64,000 nucleotides of DNA from Dehalococcoidia bacterium (lineage in GTDB: Bacteria; Chloroflexota; Dehalococcoidia; Bin125). Shown piece by piece: positions 9,334 through 19,049 of the stretch (the stretch's first letter is position 1; each line of letters begins with the position of its first letter). A program made the position numbers and the translations under genes. The notes under the pieces were generated by a model. That model did not search any database and had not been told where the DNA came from. It saw nothing but the letters and a program-made list of their open reading frames with translations. The DNA lies in the NCBI GenBank assembly GCA_963555985.3, contig OY820591.1, positions 416,001 through 480,000 of the forward strand, given 5' to 3'.

Positions 9334-10254
9334 ATGGTCGCCGCACGGCGTGACTTTGAAGAACTCTTGCTGGAGCACGGCTTCTCGCCCGAACGCGCCC
9401 ACTACTGGGCATCCGCGCTCGAACGCGCTGCTCATGCGGTCACGCAGGAGGAGTTCGAGGCTGGTCTCGAGCGGGCGATTGAGCGAATGACTGCGGTCAT
9501 GCGCGAGGAGTTCGCCAAGCGTGATGTCGAAATTGCTGCGCTCAGGACCCAACTCCAATACCTCATCGATCAGCGTCAGGAGGACCTCGATCGCCTACAA
9601 GCCCAGCGTCATGAAGACCTGGAGCGCGGGCGCGCCGAGCGTCAGGAACTCATCGATCGCCTAAATGCGGAACGCCAGGAAGACCTGGAACGCTCGCAGG
9701 CTGAGCACCAGGAATTCATCGATCGCCTAAATGCGGAGCGCCAGGAAGACCTTGAGCACTCGCAGGCCGATAGCGAGCGCTTGCGCGCGGAGCGCCAGGA
9801 GGACCTCGAGCGCTCGCAGGCCGATAGCGAGCGCTTGCGCGCGGAACGTCAGGAAGACCTCGAGCGCTTGCGCGCGGAACGCCAGGAAGACCTCGAGCGC
9901 TTGCAGGCCGATAGCGAGCGCTTGCGCGCGGAGCGCCAGGAGGACCTCGAGCGCTCACAGGCCGATAGCGAGCGCTTGCGCGCGGAGCGCCAGGAGGACC
10001 TGGAGCGCTCACAGGCCGATAGCGAGCACTTGCGCGCGGAGCGCCAGGAAGACGTCGAGCGCTTGCGCGCGGAGCGCCAGGAAGACCTGGAACGCCTACG
10101 CATTCAACGCCAGGAAGACCTCGAACGTCTGCGTATCCAGCGCCAGGAAGACCTTGAGCGGGAGCGTGCCGCTCGCCAAGAGCGCCGCGCCATTGCTCTC
10201 GCCTTGGGCGGCACGCTGATCGCGCTACTCCTGAGAGTCTTCGGCGCGATCTAG
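9334..10254 (+). CDS. DUF1640/CCDC90-like coiled-coil protein with tandem repeats and a C-terminal membrane anchor
   Basis: Head L.E.GFSPE.A, repeated (L)RAERQEDLER(SQADSER) units, terminal hydrophobic helix. Confidence 0.7.
   Translation: MVAARRDFEELLLEHGFSPERAHYWASALERAAHAVTQEEFEAGLERAIERMTAVMREEFAKRDVEIAALRTQLQYLIDQRQEDLDRLQAQRHEDLERGRAERQELIDRLNAERQEDLERSQAEHQEFIDRLNAERQEDLEHSQADSERLRAERQEDLERSQADSERLRAERQEDLERLRAERQEDLERLQADSERLRAERQEDLERSQADSERLRAERQEDLERSQADSEHLRAERQEDVERLRAERQEDLERLRIQRQEDLERLRIQRQEDLERERAARQERRAIALALGGTLIALLLRVFGAI
9570..10165 (+). repeat. Intragenic tandem repeats of 33-nt and 54-nt units
   Basis: gagcgccaggaggacctcgagcgc(tcgcaggccgatagcgagcgc)ttgcgcgcg, repeated about a dozen times. 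Confidence 0.9.
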
Positions 10255-10262
10255 TGAGACAA

Positions 10263-11486
10263 TCAGTCCCCAGCCGCGGCCGAACCCTGACTCCGCACTG
10301 CCGTCACGCCCGAATCGTGCAGACGCTCGATGTCGGCCCAGTCGTAGCCCAGATCGAGCAGCGTCAACTCGGTGTCCTGACCCAGCTCTGGCGCGGCGCG
10401 TTTCACCTCAGTGTGCGTCTCCGAGAACGACACCGGGATACCCACGACCTTGTGATGCTCGAAGTGCGGGTGCTCCGCCTCTTGCAGGTAGCCGTTCAGC
10501 CAGAAATGCTCGTCTTCGTCGACTCCCTGGTAGTCGTAGACGGGGCCGCAGGGGATGCGCTGGGCGATCAGCCGCTCCAGCCACTCGTCGCGCCCGCGCG
10601 TGAGGAAGGTCGCCTCCAGTTCGCTGCGCAGCCACTCCTCGTTGTCGCGCCGCGCGAACGGATCGGTCGTGCGCTCGTCAGCCAGCAGGTCGGGACGTTC
10701 CAGGGCCTTGCACAGACCCGGCCAAGACTTCGGGTCCAACAGTCCCATCGTCAGCCACTCGCCGTCGCCGGCCTGATACCACGAGAAGGTCGCGCTGAAC
10801 GAGCGTCCCGGCTTGAGTACGAACTGGTGCTGATTGTGCAGATACGCCTGCAACGACAGCGCTTGCAAGGTCAGCATCGCCCCAAGCTGCGAGACGTCGA
10901 TCTTCTGGCCGACTCCGAAGCGCTCTCGCGCCAGCAAGGCCGTCATGATCCCGTAGGCGAACATGATCGAACCGGTCTGGTCTGCCAGACCCCATGGAGC
11001 AGTGATCGGCCGTTCGCCCGGCCCGCCGCCGAGTGCGACCATCGCGCCCGACATCCCCTGCGCGACGACGTCGAACGAACCGCGCGTCGCCCACTCGCCC
11101 TTTGGCCCGAAGCCGGAGTTGGTCGCATAGATCAGGCGCGGATTGACTTGGCGCAGGTCTTCGTAGCCCAACCCAATCGAGTCGAGATAGCCGGGCCGGA
11201 AGTTCTCGGTGAGCACGTCCGCATCGGCGATCAGCTTGTGCACGACCTCGATCGCGCCGTCGGCGCGCAGATCAAGCGTCATCGAGCGCTTGCCTCGGTT
11301 CAGCGCCTCGAAGTAGGAGCAGAAGCCGTCCGGGCCAACTCCCAGTTGGCGGCCCGGATCGCCGTTACCGGGCATCTCCACCTTGAGCACCTCCGCGCCC
11401 ATGTCGGCCAGCATCGCCGTGGCGTGGGGGCCGTTCTGGTAGCGGGTCAGATCAACTACGCGAATACCTTCGAGTGGCGCGGGCAT
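10263..11486 (-). CDS. Family III CoA-transferase (CaiB/BaiF)
   Basis: PLEGIRVVDL, LADMGAEVLKVE, NRGKRS and ENFRPG motifs. Confidence 0.93.
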   Translation of the reverse strand: MPAPLEGIRVVDLTRYQNGPHATAMLADMGAEVLKVEMPGNGDPGRQLGVGPDGFCSYFEALNRGKRSMTLDLRADGAIEVVHKLIADADVLTENFRPGYLDSIGLGYEDLRQVNPRLIYATNSGFGPKGEWATRGSFDVVAQGMSGAMVALGGGPGERPITAPWGLADQTGSIMFAYGIMTALLARERFGVGQKIDVSQLGAMLTLQALSLQAYLHNQHQFVLKPGRSFSATFSWYQAGDGEWLTMGLLDPKSWPGLCKALERPDLLADERTTDPFARRDNEEWLRSELEATFLTRGRDEWLERLIAQRIPCGPVYDYQGVDEDEHFWLNGYLQEAEHPHFEHHKVVGIPVSFSETHTEVKRAAPELGQDTELTLLDLGYDWADIERLHDSGVTAVRSQGSAAAGD

Positions 11487-11553
11487 GATGTTCCTCCTCC
11501 AGGAGCAGATAGAACGAGAATATCCGATTCTCCGTCCCTATTACTCTCTCTCC

Positions 11554-12246
11554 ATGCTCGCCGAAGTCTTCGAGACCCCCGACGCCGCCGTCGCCGATAT
11601 CCCCAACGGCTCCTCGATCCTCGTCGGCGGCTTCGTCTCTGCCGGTACGCCCTCGAACCTGATCCGCGCGCTTACCCGCACCGGCCAGACCAGTCTCACC
11701 GCAATCGCCAACAACATCGGCCTCGGCGACCTGCTCGACGAGCTTTGCGAACAGCGACAGCTTGCCAAAGTGATCGCCACCTTTGCCATCCGCGCCTCCG
11801 GCGCCCGCCGCTCGCGCTTCGAGACGCTCTACCACAACGGCGAGGTCGAACTCGAACTGGTGCCGCAGGGCACCCTGATCGAGCGTATCCGCGCGGGCGG
11901 CGCAGGACTCGGCGGCGTCCTCACCCAAACCGGACTTGGCACGATGATCGCGGAAGGCAAGCAGACTGTGGAGATTGATGGGCAGACCTGGCTGCTCGAA
12001 CGTCCGCTGCGAGCTGACATCGCCTTGCTCAAAGCGTGGCGCGGCGACCGCCACGGCAACCTCCAATTCCAGCTTGCCGGACGCAACTTCAATCCAGTCA
12101 TGGCGACCGCTGCCGACCTTGTGATCGCTGAAGTCGAGCAGCTCGTCGAGCCGGGCGAGATCGATCCAGCCGATGTCCACGTCCCCGCCGTCTACGTCGA
12201 CCGGATCGTCCGCTGCGATCCGATTCCCGTGCGCTGGGAGGGCTGA
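11554..12246 (+). CDS. 3-oxoacid CoA-transferase subunit A
   Basis: VGGF..GTP, PQGTLIERIRAGGAG and NFNPVMA motifs; start moved to ATG 11554. Confidence 0.9.
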   Translation: MLAEVFETPDAAVADIPNGSSILVGGFVSAGTPSNLIRALTRTGQTSLTAIANNIGLGDLLDELCEQRQLAKVIATFAIRASGARRSRFETLYHNGEVELELVPQGTLIERIRAGGAGLGGVLTQTGLGTMIAEGKQTVEIDGQTWLLERPLRADIALLKAWRGDRHGNLQFQLAGRNFNPVMATAADLVIAEVEQLVEPGEIDPADVHVPAVYVDRIVRCDPIPVRWEG

Positions 12247-12249
12247 GCG

Positions 12250-12912
12250 ATGCCGCCGATTGGGCTCAGCCGCGAACTGATCGCTCTGCGCGCTGCCCGC
12301 GAGCTCAAGCCCGGCTCGGTCGTCAATCTCGGTATCGGCCTGCCCACGCTAGTCGCGGGCTTCGTCGAACCGGAGGACAATATCCTCTTTCAGGCCGAAA
12401 ATGGCATCCTGGGCTATGCCGGGATCTCCGCTTCCGACTACCAACCCGATCTGATCAACGCCGGCGGACAGCCCGTCGATCTCGTGCCCGGCGCGAGCTT
12501 CTTCGACACTGCCGACTCCTTCGCCATGATTCGAGGCGGGCACATCGACACCGCCATCCTCGGCGGACTTCAGGTCTCGGCGCAGGGCGATCTCGCCAAC
12601 TGGTATGTCCCCGCGCGCGGTGGCGGCAGCGTCGGCGGTGCGATGGACCTGGCCATCGGCGCGAAACAACTGATCATTGCGATGGCCCACACCACCCGCG
12701 AGGGCGATCCGCGCATCGTCGAAGTCTGCGACTATCCGCTCACCGCACCCCGCTGTGTTGACGTGATCATCACCGACCTTGCCACAATCGATGTCACCGC
12801 CGACGGACTGGTCTTACGTGAGACTGCGCCCGGTATAGACGCCTCCGAGGTGCAGCGCTTCACTGACGCGCCGCTCGCGATTCCGGCAAACCTTCCCGAA
12901 ATGAGCCTGTGA
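12250..12912 (+). CDS. 3-oxoacid CoA-transferase subunit B
   Basis: VNLGIGLPT, AENG catalytic Glu, GDLANW and GGAMDL motifs. Confidence 0.93.
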   Translation: MPPIGLSRELIALRAARELKPGSVVNLGIGLPTLVAGFVEPEDNILFQAENGILGYAGISASDYQPDLINAGGQPVDLVPGASFFDTADSFAMIRGGHIDTAILGGLQVSAQGDLANWYVPARGGGSVGGAMDLAIGAKQLIIAMAHTTREGDPRIVEVCDYPLTAPRCVDVIITDLATIDVTADGLVLRETAPGIDASEVQRFTDAPLAIPANLPEMSL

Positions 12913-12992
12913 CCCAGACCGACGCGCTGGCGGGTGCGCTATCCTATCTGGCGGTGGCTAATCACAGGCCACATGTGGAAGGGATCGGGGAC

Positions 12993-13538
12993 ATGCGCGG
13001 TGTATTCAAGGTCATCGGACGTGGAGCTCAGGTGCTCAGTCGCGGACCCGTCACTGTTCATTACCCCTACGAGAAGAAACAGCTGCCCAAGCGCGCCCGT
13101 ACCTTCCCCTACCTGATCTGGAATCACGAGCTCGAAGAGCCGAACTGCACTGGCTGCGGCAAGTGCGCCGCCGCCTGTCCGGTCGACTGCATGACCACCA
13201 CCTTGATGAAGAATCCCGCCCACGCCGCCGGCAAGAGCAATCACAAGTCGGTCATCGACGATTTCTACATCGACTTCGGCCGTTGCATGCGCTGCAACAT
13301 CTGCGTCGAGGTCTGCCCCTTCGACGCCATCGCCATGCTCCCGCTCTGGGAGGGTCACGAGCAGACCAAGTACGACCGCCGCGAGCTGGTGATGGACCTC
13401 GACGACCTGCTCGCGCCAAGCCGAGCCGACGTCAATCTGCCCTTCTGGATTCCGGAGACGATCCTCGAGAAGACCGAGAAGGAGCGGGTGAACCGCAAAG
13501 AGTTTGCCGCGCAGCTCGCCTCTGGCGAGGAAGAGTAG
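12993..13538 (+). CDS. nuoI: NADH:quinone oxidoreductase subunit I-like 2x[4Fe-4S] protein (outside a nuo operon)
   Basis: VT..YP.EK, CTGCGKC..CP and IDFGRCMRCNICVEVCPFDAI; start moved to ATG 12993. Confidence 0.75.
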   Translation: MRGVFKVIGRGAQVLSRGPVTVHYPYEKKQLPKRARTFPYLIWNHELEEPNCTGCGKCAAACPVDCMTTTLMKNPAHAAGKSNHKSVIDDFYIDFGRCMRCNICVEVCPFDAIAMLPLWEGHEQTKYDRRELVMDLDDLLAPSRADVNLPFWIPETILEKTEKERVNRKEFAAQLASGEEE

Positions 13539-13550
13539 TCCGGGCCTCAG

Positions 13551-14426
13551 CTAGACCAGTTCGCCTGCCTCGCGTCGCCGGGCCAAATCGGCAAAGTCGA
13601 GTTGCGCCGGAGCGCCTCGGGAGAGGATTCTGTCGACCCGGTCCCTCACGATCTCGTCGAAACCTGGGTGCGGCAGGATGTAGAACGTGTCGTTGACGAT
13701 GGCGTCCCAAACGAGCGAGGCGACGTTGCCCGGATCCATAGCGGTGTGCCACCCCATCTCGGCAGCAAAGCCCTCTTGCGTGGGCTCGGCGGGCCCGCCG
13801 AACTGATCGGGCCGATTGCGCTCGGCGTTGAGCAGATTCGTATTCACAAGGCCGGGACAGAGCACGCTGGCGGAGATATTCGAATCGATTGCGCGAAGGT
13901 CGAGATAGAGGCCCTCGCTGAGCGACAGGACGCCATGCTTGGAGACGCTGTAGGCCCCGGAACCGGCAACGATCCCGCCCACCGAGGAGGTGTTGACTAC
14001 GTGCCCCGGCTCGCCGTGTTCAATCATGTGCGGCAGGAATGTCTGGATCCCGTAGAGCACGCCGTAGAAGTTGACGCCCAACACCCAGCCCCAGGTCGCG
14101 TCGGGGATGTCCCATAGATGGCGAGTCCCGCCGTCCTCGCTACTGGTCACGCCGGCGTTGTTGCAGAGCACGTGGATGTTGCCAAAGCGGTCGATCGCCT
14201 GGTCGCGCAGCGATTCAATTGATTCGCGCTGGATCGTGTTGACTTCGATGCCGACGACGCTGCGCTCCTCTTGCTCCAGTCGCGTGACGGCCGCTTTGAG
14301 CGCGTCGGTCTCGATATCGGCGAGGACCACGTTCATGCCCTCGGCGGCGAAGCGCTCGGCGAAGGCGAAGCCCATGCCCGAGGCGGCGCCCGTGACGACC
14401 GCGGTGGCGTTGCTGAAATCGCGCAT
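13551..14426 (-). CDS. Short-chain dehydrogenase/reductase (array member 5)
   Basis: TGAASGMG, NNAG and YSVSK motifs. Confidence 0.93.
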   Translation of the reverse strand: MRDFSNATAVVTGAASGMGFAFAERFAAEGMNVVLADIETDALKAAVTRLEQEERSVVGIEVNTIQRESIESLRDQAIDRFGNIHVLCNNAGVTSSEDGGTRHLWDIPDATWGWVLGVNFYGVLYGIQTFLPHMIEHGEPGHVVNTSSVGGIVAGSGAYSVSKHGVLSLSEGLYLDLRAIDSNISASVLCPGLVNTNLLNAERNRPDQFGGPAEPTQEGFAAEMGWHTAMDPGNVASLVWDAIVNDTFYILPHPGFDEIVRDRVDRILSRGAPAQLDFADLARRREAGELV

Positions 14427-14438
14427 GTTGCTGCTCCC

Positions 14439-15335
14439 CTAGACGATCTCGCCCTGTGCCCGGCGTTGCATCATCTTCTCGAAATCGACCTCGACCGGCT
14501 GTTGGCCGTCCAGGATCGCCTCGACTCGCTCGCGGACGATATCTCGCCAGCCGTCGTGGGGCAGGATGTAGAGCTGATCGTTGACCATCGCCTGCCAGAC
14601 CAATTCAGCGACATCGGACGGATCCATGCCTCCACCCAGGAAGATCCGAGAGGCGGCGCGCTGTGCTTCGTTGGCCTCGATCGATTCGCCAAATTCGCTG
14701 GGGCGATTACGTTCCGCCTCGGTGATCTGCGTGTTGACAAATCCCGGGCAGAGGACCGACGCGGAGATATTGGAGTTCGCGGTTCGCAGATGATGCCAGA
14801 GACCCTCGGTCAACGTCAGCACACCGTGCTTCGAGACGCTGTATGCAGATGCACCGGGGATCAGTCCGGCGACTGAGGCCGTGTTGACGATGTGGCCTTC
14901 CTCGCCGTGCTCAAGCATGTGCGGGACGAACACTTGCAAGCCGTAGAGCACGCCCCAGAAGTTGACGCCCATCACCCAGTCCCAGGTCGAATCGGGCACT
15001 TCCCAGACCGGAACCGCGCCGGTTCCGGGACCGAGGCCGCCGTCCCGGCGCGAAGTCACGCCGGCGTTGTTGCAGATCACGTGGATCTTGCCAAAGCGCT
15101 CGATCGCCTGATCGCGGAGGTTCTCAAGCGTCTCGCGGCGCATCGTATTGACCTCGACCCCGATGACGTTGCGCTCCTGCTGTTCGAGCCGGGTGACGGC
15201 GGCATTGAGCGCGTCGGTTTCGATATCGGCCAGGACCACGTTCATGCCCTCGGCGGCGAAGCGCTCGGCGAAGGCGTAGCCCATGCCGCTTGCTGCACCG
15301 GTGATGACTGCCGTCCCGCCGGAAAATTCGCGCAT
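14439..15335 (-). CDS. SDR (array member 4)
   Basis: TGAASGMG, NNAG and YSVSK motifs. Confidence 0.93.
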   Translation of the reverse strand: MREFSGGTAVITGAASGMGYAFAERFAAEGMNVVLADIETDALNAAVTRLEQQERNVIGVEVNTMRRETLENLRDQAIERFGKIHVICNNAGVTSRRDGGLGPGTGAVPVWEVPDSTWDWVMGVNFWGVLYGLQVFVPHMLEHGEEGHIVNTASVAGLIPGASAYSVSKHGVLTLTEGLWHHLRTANSNISASVLCPGFVNTQITEAERNRPSEFGESIEANEAQRAASRIFLGGGMDPSDVAELVWQAMVNDQLYILPHDGWRDIVRERVEAILDGQQPVEVDFEKMMQRRAQGEIV

Positions 15336-15398
15336 GGTCCATCCTCTCAGAGTGTTCTGAGGTGTCGTTCGACGATGGGTGCAGTCTACGAGTGGCTC

Positions 15399-16292
15399 TT
15401 AGCTCTGTCCGCCGCCGGTCTGGCGGCTCGTGAGTTCAACGGGCAATCGCGCTGCCGGGACTGTCCGGGCAATGATGTTCTCGACTCGCTGACGTACGAA
15501 ATCGTCCCACTCGGGATGCGGTAGCACGTAGCAGCGTTCTTCGATGATCGCTTGCAGCACCTGCTCCGCGACGTTGGCCGGATCCATGCCGGATGCGAGG
15601 AAGGCGTCAAAGGCTGCCGCTTCGCCTGCGGACCGTTCGCCGACGCCGCCGTACTGATCGGGACGATTGCGGTCGGCGTTCATGATCTGGGTTTGCACTG
15701 CACCCGGACAGAGCACGGATGCGCCGATCTTCGAGCCGATCCGCTCGAGGTTCTGGTGCAGGCCTTCGGTCAGCGTGAGGACGCCATGCTTCGAGACGCT
15801 GTAAGCGCTGCCGCCCGGGGTGATGCCGGCGACCGAGGAGGTGTTGACGACGTGTCCCTCCTCGCCGTGAGCGACCATATGCGGGAGGAAGGTCTGCACG
15901 CCGTACAGCACGCCCCAGAAGTTCACTCCGATCACCCACTCCCAGATGCTGTCTTCCACATCCCAGATATTGATCGCATCATCGCCAATGCTCATCGCGT
16001 CCTGAAAGCTGAACACGCCGGCATTGTTGCAGAGGATGTGGATGTTGCCGAAGCGCTCGATGATCTCGTCGCGGGCGCGTTCCAGCGATTCGCGCTGCAT
16101 CGTGTTCACGGCGACGCCCATCACAGAGCGCTCTTCCTGTTCCAGCCGCTGGACCTGGGCCTGGAGCGCGTCTTCCTGGATGTCGGCGAGCACGACGTTC
16201 ATGCCCTCCGAGGCGAAACGCTCGACCATCGCCAGCCCGATCCCGCTGGCGCCGCCGGTGACGACTGCGGTCTTGCCTGCAAACTCGCGCAC
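15399..16292 (-). CDS. SDR (array member 3)
   Basis: TGGASGIG, NNAG and YSVSK motifs; GTG start. Confidence 0.93.
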   Translation of the reverse strand: MREFAGKTAVVTGGASGIGLAMVERFASEGMNVVLADIQEDALQAQVQRLEQEERSVMGVAVNTMQRESLERARDEIIERFGNIHILCNNAGVFSFQDAMSIGDDAINIWDVEDSIWEWVIGVNFWGVLYGVQTFLPHMVAHGEEGHVVNTSSVAGITPGGSAYSVSKHGVLTLTEGLHQNLERIGSKIGASVLCPGAVQTQIMNADRNRPDQYGGVGERSAGEAAAFDAFLASGMDPANVAEQVLQAIIEERCYVLPHPEWDDFVRQRVENIIARTVPAARLPVELTSRQTGGGQS

Positions 16293-16312
16293 GTTGGAAT
16301 CCTCTCCGGTGA

Positions 16313-17209
16313 TCAGACTTCTTGGCCCGCCGCCCGGCGGCGGAGCATCTCTTCCATGTCAACCGAGATTGGCGCTTCTCTGGCGAGCACGTGCTCAACC
16401 CGGCCGCGCACGACATCGTCCCAGGCGGGATGCGGCAAGATGTAGCAGCGCTGCTCGACGATCGAGTCGAAGACGATATCCGCGACCCGATCCGGATCCA
16501 TTCCGCCGCCGAGCATCATCGTGATCGCCTGTTCCTGTTCCGCGGTCCGCTCTGTCGTCCCGCCGAACTCCTCGGGCCGGTTGCGATCGGCGTGACCGAT
16601 ATTGGTGTTGACGAAGCCGGGACAGAGCACGGATGCGCTCAGGTTGGCGTTCATCGCCTGGAACTGCTGGTAGAGACCTTCGGTCAGCGTCAGTACCGCG
16701 TGCTTGGACACGCTGTAGGCGCCGCCGCCCGGCATCAGCCCGGCCAGAGAGGCCGTGTTGACGATGTGCCCGTCCTCGCCGTGTTCGAGCATGTGCGGCA
16801 CGAAGACCTGGATGCCGTACAGGACGCCCCAGAAGTTGACGCCCATGACCCACTCCCAGGTCTCGTCCGGCACCTGCCACGAGCCCTGAACGGTGCCGTC
16901 GGGGAAGACGCCCGCATCCTCTCCGCCGGCGACGCCGGCGTTGTTGGCCAGGATGTGGATGTTGCCGTACTGCTCGATCGTCTGGTCGCGGAGATTCTCA
17001 AGCGCTTCGCGCCGCATCGTGTTGACGATCACGCCGAGCACGTTGCGCTCTTCCTGCTCGAGTCGGGTCACCTGCGCGTTGAGCGCGTCCTCCTCGATGT
17101 CGGCGAGAACGACGTTCATGCCCTCCGCCGCAAAGCGTCGGGCGAATGCCAATCCCATGCCGCTGGCCGCACCGGTGACGACTGCGGTCTTGCCTTCGAA
17201 TTCGCGCAT
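16313..17209 (-). CDS. SDR (array member 2)
   Basis: TGAASGMG, NNAG and YSVSK motifs. Confidence 0.93.
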   Translation of the reverse strand: MREFEGKTAVVTGAASGMGLAFARRFAAEGMNVVLADIEEDALNAQVTRLEQEERNVLGVIVNTMRREALENLRDQTIEQYGNIHILANNAGVAGGEDAGVFPDGTVQGSWQVPDETWEWVMGVNFWGVLYGIQVFVPHMLEHGEDGHIVNTASLAGLMPGGGAYSVSKHAVLTLTEGLYQQFQAMNANLSASVLCPGFVNTNIGHADRNRPEEFGGTTERTAEQEQAITMMLGGGMDPDRVADIVFDSIVEQRCYILPHPAWDDVVRGRVEHVLAREAPISVDMEEMLRRRAAGQEV

Positions 17210-17229
17210 GTTTTGATCCCTTCCGACTG

Positions 17230-18126
17230 TCAGACCTGCTCGCCGGCTGCGCGGCGGCGCATCAGTTCCTCGAAGTCCAGCGTGATCGGCGCGCCGCGCG
17301 CTAGCACGTTCTCAACGCGGCCGCGAACGATGTCGTCCCAGCCCGGGTGCGGCAGGATGTAGCAGCGCTGCTCGACGATCGAGTCGAAGACGATGTCCGC
17401 CACCTGGCTGGGGTCCATGCCGCCGCCGAGCATGGCGATGATGCCCTGTTCGGCCTCCGGCGTGATCTCAATCTGGTCGCCGAACTCTTCGGGCCGATTA
17501 CGTTCGGCGTGGCCGATATTGGTGTTCACGAGTCCGGGGCAGAGCGCGGAAGCGCTGAGGTTGGCGCCCATCGCCTCGAAACTCTGGTACAGCCCCTCGG
17601 TCAGCGCGAGCACGCCGTGCTTGGAGACGCTGTAGGCGCCACCGCCCGGGATCAGACCAGCCAGTGAGGCGGTGTTGACGATGTGGCCCTCTTCGCCGTG
17701 TTCGAGCATGTGCGGGATGAACACCTGGCAGCCGTAGAGCACGCCCCAGAAGTTCACGCCCATCACCCATTCCCAGGTGCGGTCGGGCACGTCCCAGGGG
17801 CCGCGGATCTCCCCTTCTGCGTCAAATCCGCTGTCGTCCAGCCCGGCCACACCGGCGTTGTTGCAGAGGATGTGGATGTTGCCGAACTCTGCAATTGTCT
17901 GGTCGCGCAGGTTCTCCAACGTCTCGCGGCGCATGGTGTTGACGACCACGCCGAGCACATTGCACTCTTCCTGTTCGAGTTGGGTCACCTGTGCGTTGAG
18001 GGCGTCTTCTTCGATATCCGCGAGGACGACGTTCATGCCTTCGGCGGCGAAGCGCCGGGCGAAGGCGAGTCCCATCCCGCTCGCGGCGCCGGTGACGACT
18101 GCCGTCTTGCCTGCGAATTCGCGCAT
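17230..18126 (-). CDS. SDR (array member 1)
   Basis: TGAASGMG, NNAG and YSVSK motifs. Confidence 0.93.
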   Translation of the reverse strand: MREFAGKTAVVTGAASGMGLAFARRFAAEGMNVVLADIEEDALNAQVTQLEQEECNVLGVVVNTMRRETLENLRDQTIAEFGNIHILCNNAGVAGLDDSGFDAEGEIRGPWDVPDRTWEWVMGVNFWGVLYGCQVFIPHMLEHGEEGHIVNTASLAGLIPGGGAYSVSKHGVLALTEGLYQSFEAMGANLSASALCPGLVNTNIGHAERNRPEEFGDQIEITPEAEQGIIAMLGGGMDPSQVADIVFDSIVEQRCYILPHPGWDDIVRGRVENVLARGAPITLDFEELMRRRAAGEQV

Positions 18127-18186
18127 GATCGTCCGCCTTTCTCAGTCTGTGCGATTCATCTCCGGGTTCGCGCAGCAGTCTAGGGG

Positions 18187-18645
18187 CTACTGTTGTTCGT
18201 CGGACTCGCTCTCTCGCCAGCGGATCCTCGCTCCGTACACGAATGTCGCGGCCAGGCCAACGACGGTGCTGACGACGATCCCAGCTCCCTCTGCTGGATG
18301 TCCCAGGAAGGCCATATACGCGCCAACGGCGACGACCGCCAGTGCCACAAATGCACCCAGATAGAGGCCGCGATTCGTTCTTCGGTAATCAGATCGGACT
18401 TCGAGCGTCTCCAGCTCCAGAGATCCGCGTTCCATGTCGTGGCGATGACTGGTCTCTCGCTCGACCCTCGCCAGAATTCGCTCTGCTGAGTCTGGGAGCG
18501 CTGACTCGTACTCCCTCAGTGCCCTCGGCGACGGTAACGGGCCGCGATACGTTTCAATCTGCGTCGCCGAACGGAGCCGGAGTTCGCTCCTGTTGTCGTC
18601 ATCGGATTCGCTCTCAACGATCGCGCTTTCCTCGTGCTCGTCCAC
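18187..18645 (-). CDS. DUF2335-like membrane protein
   Basis: GPLPSP..L.EYE..P..AERI..E..HR followed by two TM helices. Confidence 0.8.
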   Translation of the reverse strand: MDEHEESAIVESESDDDNRSELRLRSATQIETYRGPLPSPRALREYESALPDSAERILARVERETSHRHDMERGSLELETLEVRSDYRRTNRGLYLGAFVALAVVAVGAYMAFLGHPAEGAGIVVSTVVGLAATFVYGARIRWRESESDEQQ

Positions 18646-18657
18646 AATTGCCCACCT

Positions 18658-18966
18658 CTATTCGAAGGCCTCGTCCTCGTCGAGCGGAGGGAGTATCCGC
18701 GCCACATCTCCAGCAAGTGCGTCCCAATCGGCAGCAAGCGCGTCAGCATCCGACCGGGTCAGCATCTCCCGATTGACTCGAACTCGAGGAGTCAGCGCAC
18801 CGCCGAAGTCCCACAAACTCGCAAGACCCAAGAGGAACGATGGGCGTGGAACACTGACGGTCACGTAATCCTGGATCCATGCCCTGCTGTCACGCCGAGT
18901 TGGAATCCCAGCCGGCGCCCGCTTGAGCGCCGGCGTGAACTTGTTCGCCGTTTCCCCGATCGACAT
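18658..18966 (-). CDS. Small hypothetical protein upstream of the DUF2335 gene (start uncertain)
   Basis: PSFLLGLASLWDFGG ... SDADALAADWDALAGD; ends 12 nt before the DUF2335 start. Confidence 0.55.
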   Translation of the reverse strand: MSIGETANKFTPALKRAPAGIPTRRDSRAWIQDYVTVSVPRPSFLLGLASLWDFGGALTPRVRVNREMLTRSDADALAADWDALAGDVARILPPLDEDEAFE

Positions 18967-19049
18967 GTCAGCGTTCCGTTCCCTGCTCGTGAGCGGCCAG
19001 TCTAGTCATTTCTCACGGTACGCCCAATCGTCCATGCCGACCGCGAGCA

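Noticed and set aside
9570-10165. Possible CRISPR or non-coding repeat array
   Set aside because: Unit lengths are multiples of 3, in frame within a coiled-coil gene, with no unique spacers.
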